Shown one piece after another: positions 56,334 to 64,000 of a stretch of DNA of 64,000 nt. The DNA is from Acidobacteriota bacterium (GTDB lineage Bacteria; Acidobacteriota; UBA6911; RPQK01; JAJDTT01), in the NCBI GenBank assembly GCA_965209055.1, contig OZ242374.1, positions 3,840,001 through 3,904,000 on the forward strand, read 5' to 3'. How positions within the stretch are numbered: position 1 is the stretch's first letter; each line of letters starts with the position of its first letter. The notes below the pieces were generated by a model, which saw only the letters and a program-made list of their open reading frames with translations, was not told the DNA's origin and made no database searches. The position numbers and the translations under genes were made by a program.

Positions 56334-57854
56334 TCACCGAAAACGTAGCGAAAACAGGTCGGCGTCCTTCATCACCAGCCGCAGCCGGACCGGTTTGCCC
56401 GCGATCCGCTTCAGCGGCTCGTCCGTCGTTGCCCCGGAGTGGGAACGTTTCCAGCGCACCGTCTGCTCGATCTCGTCTCCCCAGACCAGCGGGGATTCCT
56501 CCAGAGCGAAGCCGGGAAGCGGCCGTCCCGCTTCGTCCTGGATCTCGATGTGGATGCTTCCCGCCGCCGACGTGGCGTAGTTGAGCACCAGGTTGCTCCC
56601 CTCAAAGGTCAGCGGCTTGGTCACCACCTCGCCTCCGCGATAGCCGGCGTTGAGCGAGACGAACCCGTCGGTTCTCAGGACCATCCGCTCCATGTGAATG
56701 GTGGGGAACTTGTAGTGGCGGAGCACGTAGAGGGAGATCTCGTCATTTCCGGTGGAAACCACTCCGGTGGCCGTCATGTTGGTGCGGTTGTACCAGTTCC
56801 TCTTCTCGCGTCCGGGCCGAATGAAGGCTTGAGGGAACCTGCGGTCCCAGTTCAGACCGTCGCGGCTGGTCATGAACACCGTCTCGGAAACCCCGTTCTC
56901 GGGCGCGTCGGGAATCCGGGTCCGCCAGGGAACGAAACGCTTGGGAAAGCCCAGGAAGATGTGGAGCGCCCGGAAGTAGGGCGTGATTCCGTTGGTGTAG
57001 AATTGGTCCCGCGGCCCCTCCCCCAGCTTGATGTCCTCCAGCTTGCTCCAGTTCAGGAAATCGGGCGAGGTGGCCCGGGCGACGGCCCGGATTGTGGGCA
57101 TCCGGCGCTCGCCGGAGCCGGTGTGGCGGGGTGGATACCAGACCCGGAGGTAAGCGACGTACTCATTCCGGAACCCGTCCCAGAAGATCTCGTCTCCTCC
57201 CCAGTCCGTGGGAGGCTGCGTCAGGATGGCCTCTTCACGGATGGGCTTCCAGTGGATCCCGTCGGGCGAAACCATCCCGACCATGCGTTTCAAAGGGGTG
57301 TTGGGTTGTCCTGACGCCAACGCCTTGTACCTTTCCTCGGGAGGAGTCTTGGGATTGGTGTCCAGGAAGACCATGAAGTTGTGATTGCCGAACCGGTCCC
57401 AGATGATGTTGTTCTGTTTCGACCCGTTGAATTCCACCAGGCCCAGCGCGGGCTTGGTCCAGGTCCGGCCGTCCCGGCTCTCGGCGTAGCAGGTGACTTC
57501 GGGATGTTCGGGGACCATGGTCTCCCCCGGTTCCAGAAGGGACGGGGCTGCGGATCTCGTGAGGCTGTGGCCCCGGTAATAGATGCGATAGAGGCCGTCG
57601 CCGTGAACGACCGAGGTGTAGAAGCAGGTCGTGCCCTCCCACGGCTTGTCGAAGTCGAGCACCTTTCCGCCGGAGGTGGGAGTCTGGAGCTCCAGCCGGA
57701 CGTCCCCCGTCATGGAGTCGATCAAGTAGTCGTCCACCATGAGTTCCAAGCGGTCTCCGACGTCCAGGGGTTTGGCCTTGTGATCGCCGCCGGCGGCCAA
57801 CGGTGGGGTCGTGAACAACAAAGCCGCGAGCAGAGTTGCTCTCATCATCTGCAT
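56334..57854 (-). CDS. Exported five-bladed beta-propeller glycosidase-like protein (paralog 2)
   Basis: Colinear, highly similar paralog of 45856-47370; AGGAG RBS before ATG 57854. Confidence 0.75.
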   Translation of the reverse strand: MQMMRATLLAALLFTTPPLAAGGDHKAKPLDVGDRLELMVDDYLIDSMTGDVRLELQTPTSGGKVLDFDKPWEGTTCFYTSVVHGDGLYRIYYRGHSLTRSAAPSLLEPGETMVPEHPEVTCYAESRDGRTWTKPALGLVEFNGSKQNNIIWDRFGNHNFMVFLDTNPKTPPEERYKALASGQPNTPLKRMVGMVSPDGIHWKPIREEAILTQPPTDWGGDEIFWDGFRNEYVAYLRVWYPPRHTGSGERRMPTIRAVARATSPDFLNWSKLEDIKLGEGPRDQFYTNGITPYFRALHIFLGFPKRFVPWRTRIPDAPENGVSETVFMTSRDGLNWDRRFPQAFIRPGREKRNWYNRTNMTATGVVSTGNDEISLYVLRHYKFPTIHMERMVLRTDGFVSLNAGYRGGEVVTKPLTFEGSNLVLNYATSAAGSIHIEIQDEAGRPLPGFALEESPLVWGDEIEQTVRWKRSHSGATTDEPLKRIAGKPVRLRLVMKDADLFSLRFR

Positions 57855-58033
57855 TCTCCTTGCGCCCCTGTCAGGAACGGAGAGCGAGTCTATCCATCCG
57901 GCCTCCACTGGTCAAAATGGGACGAACGGGCGTTCTTGAATTGGCGGAGTCGGCGAAGGAAACTGAACCAGTTCAGGCCGTACACTGGCGCATGATGCCG
58001 TGCAGCCAATCTTGGCCGCGGAGGTCGTTCGGG

Positions 58034-59950
58034 ATGAAGTGGAATCGGAAGAACCTGACCTGGATCGCCGCCCCGTTTCTGGCAGCGGCATGTGCCAGCG
58101 CCGGGTTCGCCCTCCAACCTCAATCCGAATCTGGAGCCGACGAAGGCAAGGCGTCGGAACCCTACCGGGTCGGGGGAAAACGGGACGGTCCCAGTTTCTT
58201 CCCCCGGGTCCACTACCCGGAAGTGAAGCCTCTGAAGGTAGGGGAACTGGACTTCCGGCACTATCCCACCTATGGCGAGATTCACGGGTTCCTCCGGAAG
58301 TGGTCTCGCGAGTATCCGCAGATATTGGAACTCTACTCGGTGGGCCGGAGCTTCGAGGGACGGGAGATCTGGCAGGTGACCGTCACCAACCGGGAGACGG
58401 GCAAGGATACGGACAAGCCGGCCATGTTCGCCGAGGGTGGGCGTCATTCGGGTGAGACCGCCAGCTCGGTCTCCATCGTCCAGCTCATTCACCAGTTGGT
58501 GACCGGGTATGGGAGAGATCCCGAGATCACGCACCTGGTGAATACCAAGGCCTTCTACCTGCGCCCGGTGAACAATCCCGATGGCACCGAGCTCTTCCTG
58601 AACACGGCCCAGACCAATCGCAGCTCGGTCCGTCCCCACGACACGGACGGGGACGGCCTCCTGGATGAGGATCCGGGCGAGGACCTGGACGGCGACGGCC
58701 TCCTGCTGCAGATGCGCCGTCACGTGGGAGAAGGGAAGGGAAACGCCATCCGGGACCCAAGAGATCCGGACCGGCTCATGAAGACGGTGCCCGAGGGGGA
58801 GGGGGACTGGCAGGTCGACCCGGAAGGCGTGGACAACGACGGGGACGGCAAGTTCAACGAGGACGGGATCGGCGGGCTCGACCTGCACCGAAACTACCCG
58901 GAGAACTGGCGGCCCGAACCGGGACGGGACGCCACGGAGCGGGGATTCACCCAGGTAGGAGCGGGCGAATACCCGCTGTCCGAGCCGGAGACGCGGGCGG
59001 TGGTCCTCTTCCTGCTGACCCATCCCAACGTGGCCATCGGCCAGTCCATGGACACGCCCATGGCCATGCACCTGCGCCCGCCCTCCACCAGCCGCAGCCA
59101 GGAGAGCATGGCCTCTGAGGACCTCAAGTGGTACGTCTACCTCGACAAGCAGGCGAAGGCGATTTCCGGGTACCCCTGGGCCGGCGACGTCTACGAGGAC
59201 TACAGGAACGTCCATCCCTTCCACGTCATCACCGGGGAACCGAGCCGGCCCATCCCCCTGTTCGGCCACGGGCCCGACTTTGGATATTCCTACTTCGGCT
59301 CCATCTGGTACAACGACGAGCTCTGGCACATCGGCCGGCAGGAGGACTACGACGGGGACGGCAGGCTGGACGACTATGACGCCCTGGTCTGGAATGACCG
59401 GGAGCGCGGCGGCAAGGAGTTCATCCCCTGGAAGAAGATCCCGCATCCCCAGTTGGAGGAGGTGGAGATCGGCGGGTTTACGCCCAAGTTCGCCTTTTGG
59501 AATCCACCCGTGGACCTGCTCGAGGAGTGGGCCAGCAAGAGCACCCGGTTCAATCTGTTCCTGGCCAAGCAGCTGCCGCAGGTCCGGATCTCACGGGTCC
59601 GGGTGAGGCCACTGGCTCCCGGGGACTATTCCATCGAGCTCACCTACCGCAACGTGGGCCATCTCCCCACGGCCCTGGTCCAGGCGCGGCTCGTCAAGAT
59701 CGTGAAACCGGACACGGCCCGGATCGAGTTCGACGACGAGCTTGTGGAGAGCGGCCGGGTGCAGGTCCTGGAGCCGTCGCTCCGCAGCAAGGACATCGAA
59801 GCGGGTTGGCTGGACCCGGCGGAGAACCGGACCGTGGCCTGGAGGGTCCGGCTGAAGGACGTCGAGTCGGTCGAGGCGAAGGTCTCCATTCACTCCACCC
59901 GGGGCGGCGTGGACCGGCGCCGGGTGAGGATTCCGGCGGGGGTTGAATGA
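58034..59950 (+). CDS. M14 zinc metallocarboxypeptidase, exported
   Basis: GRSFEGREIW, GGRHSGE, NNPDG, DLHRNY, GEYPLSEPETRAV; DxDGDG Ca-binding repeats. Confidence 0.9.
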   Translation: MKWNRKNLTWIAAPFLAAACASAGFALQPQSESGADEGKASEPYRVGGKRDGPSFFPRVHYPEVKPLKVGELDFRHYPTYGEIHGFLRKWSREYPQILELYSVGRSFEGREIWQVTVTNRETGKDTDKPAMFAEGGRHSGETASSVSIVQLIHQLVTGYGRDPEITHLVNTKAFYLRPVNNPDGTELFLNTAQTNRSSVRPHDTDGDGLLDEDPGEDLDGDGLLLQMRRHVGEGKGNAIRDPRDPDRLMKTVPEGEGDWQVDPEGVDNDGDGKFNEDGIGGLDLHRNYPENWRPEPGRDATERGFTQVGAGEYPLSEPETRAVVLFLLTHPNVAIGQSMDTPMAMHLRPPSTSRSQESMASEDLKWYVYLDKQAKAISGYPWAGDVYEDYRNVHPFHVITGEPSRPIPLFGHGPDFGYSYFGSIWYNDELWHIGRQEDYDGDGRLDDYDALVWNDRERGGKEFIPWKKIPHPQLEEVEIGGFTPKFAFWNPPVDLLEEWASKSTRFNLFLAKQLPQVRISRVRVRPLAPGDYSIELTYRNVGHLPTALVQARLVKIVKPDTARIEFDDELVESGRVQVLEPSLRSKDIEAGWLDPAENRTVAWRVRLKDVESVEAKVSIHSTRGGVDRRRVRIPAGVE

Positions 59951-61317
59951 GGACGGGACGCGCCGTTGCAATGAGGGAGGGCGTTATGGCGGGACAGATC
60001 TCCAAATTGAAGGAGGTTGGCGGGATCGGAATCTTGGTTCTCATGTTCGTTCTGGCTTCGGTGGGAACGTTCGTTGGAGCGGGCTCCGGGGATTTTCGGG
60101 CCTCCTGTGTCAAGGTGGATATCACTCCGGAAACGCCTCAGTGGCTGTTGGGCTACGGTCCGAGACGGTCCGAGGGCGTCCACGACCGCCTCTATCATCG
60201 AATTGCCGCGATGGATGACGGGAAGATGCAGTTCTTCCTGGTCTCCTCGGATCTGGCCGCCATTTCTCCGGCGTTCTACGAGCAGTTTTGCAGGGAGTTG
60301 GAACAGGAGACGGGGATCAGGTCCGAGCAGGTGTGGTGGACCCTGACTCACACCCACTCGGCTCCGGAAGTGGGCTCTCCGGGAATCGTCAAGATCATGC
60401 TGCCCAACCGGTACTTGCACGAGCCCAACCCTGAGTATTCCGAGTGGGTGAAAGCCCGATTAATCGAGGGGGTTCGGGAAGCCCGCTCCAAACTGGAACC
60501 GGCGCGTCTGGCAGTGACGACCGGTTACTCGACGGCGAACATCAACCGGCGCGCCATCGACGTTGACGGGAGCGCCTCATTGGGAATGAACCCGGACGGA
60601 CCGGTGGACCGTCAGATCGGGCTGATCCGGCTGGACCGGCCGGACGGTTCGCCGCTGGGTCTGATTGCCGTCTACGCCATGCACGGGACCGTTCTCGGGT
60701 CCGAAAATCTCCTGATCAGCGGAGATGCCCAGGGGATCGTGGCCGAGTACGTGGAGGAAAAGCTGGGCGCCCCGATGCTGTACGTCAACGGCGCGGCCGG
60801 GAATATCGCTCCCATCTACAGCACGCGTCCGAATTTCAAGAGAGGTCACATCACCCAGTTCAACGTGTTGCTGGGGGACCGGATCCTGCAGGCCAACCGC
60901 TCGCTGAAGAGCGGCACTTCAAAGGTGGTCCTGTGGACTGGAGAGACTGTCATCGAGAGTCCCCGCAAGGAAGGATTCGGATGGGTCGAGGAGCTGGCCC
61001 ATTACCTTCGGGTGACGGAGACCGGAGCGAGCCTGGTTCGCGTGCCGGTGCGCTTCCTGAAGATCAACCGGGATCTCGTCATCTGGTCGGCACCGGTCGA
61101 GCTGTTCTGTGAGATCGCCATCAACGTCCGCAACCATTCGCCTTTTCCCTACACGTTTTTTGCCGGCTATACGAATGGTTTCTTGGGGTACCTGCCCACC
61201 CGGCAGGCATTCTCGGAAGGGGGTTATGAACCGGGCCACGTCACTCCCTTCACCGAGCAGGTCGAGGACGACTTCACGCAGGGGGTGAGCACCTTTATTC
61301 AGGGGATGCCCCGGTAG
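59947..61317 (+). CDS. Neutral/alkaline-ceramidase-like amidohydrolase
   Basis: VDITP, LLGY..R..GVHDRL, THTHSAP, YAMHGT, NGAAGNI, GYLPT..GGYE. Confidence 0.85.
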   Translation: MRTGRAVAMREGVMAGQISKLKEVGGIGILVLMFVLASVGTFVGAGSGDFRASCVKVDITPETPQWLLGYGPRRSEGVHDRLYHRIAAMDDGKMQFFLVSSDLAAISPAFYEQFCRELEQETGIRSEQVWWTLTHTHSAPEVGSPGIVKIMLPNRYLHEPNPEYSEWVKARLIEGVREARSKLEPARLAVTTGYSTANINRRAIDVDGSASLGMNPDGPVDRQIGLIRLDRPDGSPLGLIAVYAMHGTVLGSENLLISGDAQGIVAEYVEEKLGAPMLYVNGAAGNIAPIYSTRPNFKRGHITQFNVLLGDRILQANRSLKSGTSKVVLWTGETVIESPRKEGFGWVEELAHYLRVTETGASLVRVPVRFLKINRDLVIWSAPVELFCEIAINVRNHSPFPYTFFAGYTNGFLGYLPTRQAFSEGGYEPGHVTPFTEQVEDDFTQGVSTFIQGMPR

Positions 61318-61436
61318 CCGCTCCCGGACGCCACCACGGCGATGGTTGGATTGCAGGACAGCCGTTTCGGTGTCCGCAGGTGTTGCAGGCGTGAGAAAGA
61401 CGAACCAAACGAGTACAATCCGCACTTGGAGGAGCG

Positions 61437-62423
61437 TTGATGTCAGGAAGAATCGTCTATTTCAACGGTGACTTCGTCTCCGAATCCGAGGCCCGGGTCT
61501 CCATATTCGACTCGTCCCTCATGTTCGGAGACATGGCCTTCGAGGTGGCGCGGACGTTCGGGGGGAAGCCTTTTCGCCTGGAGCATCACCTGGATCGCCT
61601 TTATGCGTCGCTTCGTCTGCTGGAGATCGATCCCGGCATGACCGCGCAGGAGATGTACGATCTCACCTTGGAGACTCTGGAGCGGAACGTTCCCACCGAG
61701 CCCCCCGGCATGGACTGGCAGATCATGCATGACGTGTCCCGGGGGCCGCTGTCGTTGTACCGGAGCGCATTTCCCGAGGGTGTGCAGCCCACCGTCTCCA
61801 TCAACTGCTGGCCCTTGGTCACCCACATGGGGCACTTTGCACCGAACTACGAATCCGGCGTGGACGTGGTCATCGCGTCCCAGCAGGCGTTGCCGGCGCA
61901 ACTGGTGGACGCCAAGGCCAAGACCCGCAGCCGCCTGCACTACCAGATGGCCGTGCTGCAGGGGGCTCGGATGGGGAAGAACAAGTGGCCGGTCCTCATG
62001 GACCCGGACGGGTTCCTGGCCGAAGGCCCCGGCTGGAACATTTTCCTGGTTCGGGACGGCGTGCTTCTGACGCCGGAGGGGCGGAACATTCTGTTGGGAG
62101 TCTCCCGGGCAACCATTATCGATCTGGCGAACGAGTTGGGGATTCCGGTGCAGGAGGCGAATCTGGGCCGTTACGAGGCCTTGCAGGCCGACGAGGTTTT
62201 TTGCACGGCGACCACCTACTCCCTGGTCCACGCGGCCAGTTTCGAGGGACAGACGGTGGGGAATGGGCGGCCGGGCCCCGTTTTTCGCCGGCTGACCGAG
62301 GCGTGGATGCGCTTGGCCGGGTTGGATTTTGTCGCGCAGGCGCATGAGTATGCCCGGCAGCTTCCGGCGTGGGAGGAGGCGGAGATCAGGGCAGTCCGGG
62401 GAGTGGAACCGGTTCACGCCTGA
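61437..62423 (+). CDS. Class IV aminotransferase (branched-chain/D-amino acid type)
   Basis: ARVSIFDSSLMFGD..FE, FRLEHHLDRL, AEGPGWNIF, ILLGVSR, ADEVF. Confidence 0.92.
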   Translation: MMSGRIVYFNGDFVSESEARVSIFDSSLMFGDMAFEVARTFGGKPFRLEHHLDRLYASLRLLEIDPGMTAQEMYDLTLETLERNVPTEPPGMDWQIMHDVSRGPLSLYRSAFPEGVQPTVSINCWPLVTHMGHFAPNYESGVDVVIASQQALPAQLVDAKAKTRSRLHYQMAVLQGARMGKNKWPVLMDPDGFLAEGPGWNIFLVRDGVLLTPEGRNILLGVSRATIIDLANELGIPVQEANLGRYEALQADEVFCTATTYSLVHAASFEGQTVGNGRPGPVFRRLTEAWMRLAGLDFVAQAHEYARQLPAWEEAEIRAVRGVEPVHA

Positions 62424-62444
62424 CAGGAGCGGGGGTTGTTAACC

Positions 62445-63803
62445 CATAAGCGCTAACTTGTTTAATGGTCCATAAAATATCTGCAGACTTGACTGAACCT
62501 TTTTCGGGGAGGTTCTGCCAAGGACGCCGAGATTTCGTGCCATTCGTCGACCATGCGGGTCAGGGAATACGCCGGCTCAATGGCTCGCGTGACCTGGTTC
62601 AAAGCGAATTTGAACTCACGCCACGGGCTGCGAGTCCGGTCGGATCGCGACATCGTATCCCCAGGGGGAAATGGTTCGCGCATGGCGGAGCACCTTTTCG
62701 ACCAGGAGCGCCACCAACAGCTTGCCGTACAACCAAGCCTGGGCACTTGCCTCATCGTGCTTCGGGAGGTGGCCGAGTTGGGCCAGGGACTTGAAGCGCT
62801 TGAAGACCAGCTCAACTTGCCAGCGCAGGCGGTACCACTCCAGCACCTCGGCGGCTGGGAACTCCTCGGCTGGGTAGGTGGTGAAAACGATGACGTAGCG
62901 CGCGAACCGCAGAGTTTCCGGCTGCACCCGTTTGCCCTTGCGCCGAGCCGTCCGGCGGATCTTTCGATGCGCGACTTCAATGGCCTCGTCGGTCTTGCGC
63001 ACCGCGCAGATGCGGCCCACTACGGGGGGGCCGGCCCGAGCGACGGTGCGGACCCTCCAACTGCCGACCGGCCCCGGTCGGAGTAGCGTTTCCACCGATG
63101 TGAGCAGGTCGAACCTCCGGCCAGCCTCGGTTTCCAGCAACAGCGATCGGGTGTTCACGCGCACCGTCACGTACCCTCCGCCTGCCGCGACGTGCTGAAT
63201 CCCGATCGCCGTCGAGTAACCGCGGTCGCCCAGCACGTAATCGCCCGGCCGAATCGGGAAATGGGTGAACGACTCGCCGGTGCCGCGCCCCTTGGTCGCG
63301 GTTAGCTTGAAGAAATCGCAGCCGAGCGACGGGAGGTTCACACTGTAGTGAAGGCGCCACAGCGACCCGGTCCGTCCCGGCTCGTGCACCGTCGTCCCAT
63401 CGAACGCCCGCACTTGCAAGCCGCCACTGTTCGAAACCACGAGACCATGCTCCCGGAACAGTTCCACGCACAGCGCGTAGAGCCAGTCGCGGGATTTCCT
63501 CAGCCGCTTGAGCAGCGCCACGTCGGATAAATCGGCCAAGTTCGCTTGCCGAGCCCGCACGACGGTTTCGCGCAAGGAATGCCCGCAGCCGAGATGGATC
63601 AGCAGGGTCCGCAACAGGTTTTCCGGTGACTTGTCCTTGCGCAGGCCCTTCAAGGCCCCGGTCGAAGCCGCCAACTCCCGCCAATTGTCGGGGAAAAACG
63701 ACATCAGCAAGTCCCAGTCCTCATTCGCAGCCGCCTTGACTACCGTTCTGCTCATGCCCACACTATACAAGATAGCGGTTAGGCAAACAAGTTAGCGCTT
63801 ATG
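62445..63803 (-). mobile_element. IS4-family insertion sequence, 1359 bp
   Basis: Perfect 19-bp TIR CATAAGCGCTAACTTGTTT. 11-bp target duplication GGTTGTTAACC at 62434-62444 and 63804-63814. Confidence 0.93.
62616..63770 (-). CDS. IS4-family DDE transposase
   Basis: AFDGTTV, LGDRGY, YRLRWQVELVFKRFKS (YREK motif). Confidence 0.95.
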   Translation of the reverse strand: MYSVGMSRTVVKAAANEDWDLLMSFFPDNWRELAASTGALKGLRKDKSPENLLRTLLIHLGCGHSLRETVVRARQANLADLSDVALLKRLRKSRDWLYALCVELFREHGLVVSNSGGLQVRAFDGTTVHEPGRTGSLWRLHYSVNLPSLGCDFFKLTATKGRGTGESFTHFPIRPGDYVLGDRGYSTAIGIQHVAAGGGYVTVRVNTRSLLLETEAGRRFDLLTSVETLLRPGPVGSWRVRTVARAGPPVVGRICAVRKTDEAIEVAHRKIRRTARRKGKRVQPETLRFARYVIVFTTYPAEEFPAAEVLEWYRLRWQVELVFKRFKSLAQLGHLPKHDEASAQAWLYGKLLVALLVEKVLRHARTISPWGYDVAIRPDSQPVA

Positions 63804-63922
63804 GGTTGTTAACCCCCGCGTCCGCGGAGCAGTGGGGGACTAACAGTCCCCTCCTACCCCTACAGCACGACGCGGATCTTTCGGGCGACTCGCACGAGGG
63901 GACAAGACTGTCCCCTCTCCTA
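63804..63922. repeat. REP-like cluster (continues from 62424-62444, split by IS4)
   Basis: GGGGACTAACAGTCCCCTCCTAC and GAGGGGACAAGACTGTCCCCTCTCCTAC. Confidence 0.75.
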
Positions 63923-63958
63923 CCGCGACCTGTGCAATTTTAAACGGCCATTGACACG

Positions 63959-64000
63959 CCCGTGTTTCGGCGCCTCACCGAGGCGTGGATGCGCTTGGCC
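63959..64000 (+). pseudogene. Diverged duplicate of the aminotransferase 3' region (runs off the window)
   Basis: Encodes PVFRRLTEAWMRLA, as does 62277-62318, with only synonymous differences. Confidence 0.7.

Noticed and set aside
8623-63684. Long antisense or alternate-frame ORFs (e.g. 14802..15884, 17768..20089, 20083..21534, 32539..34725, 57890..59446)
   Set aside because: Shadow ORFs of well-supported genes, expected in high-GC DNA; no motifs

Overview
GC-rich bacterial window. The gene repertoire (Tat-exported sialidase/GH-like proteins, ankyrin and TPR proteins, many sugar-acid and peptidase genes) suggests an Acidobacteriota-like, possibly host-associated genome; this is inference only. 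Positions 1-8.6 kb are a decayed mobile-element mosaic with three copies of a covarying nested-hairpin element, duplicated gene fragments and nuclease-like cargo (NucS-like, DUF4357, T5orf172). Positions 8.6-47 kb are mostly metabolic and transport genes: a sugar ABC transporter, Hcy methyltransferase, DASS transporter, PLP decarboxylase, PP2C phosphatase, multiheme cytochrome, ADH, IlvD-family dehydratase, CocE, and a TMTC-like glycosyltransferase next to a polyprenol-phosphate mannose synthase. This stretch also holds an IS5 element that disrupts a PIN toxin gene and several REP-like palindromes. Positions 47.4-56.3 kb are an accessory block between two near-identical glycosidase-like paralogs. 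Here ~22-bp palindromic direct repeats bound single-gene/operon modules (methyltransferase | vapBC), followed by an orphan higA and a divergent WYL regulator / tandem AAA+ ATPase pair. At the right end an IS4-family element sits in the loop of a REP hairpin. No rRNA, tRNA or CRISPR array was recognised. All family assignments come from motif recognition by eye, not database searches.
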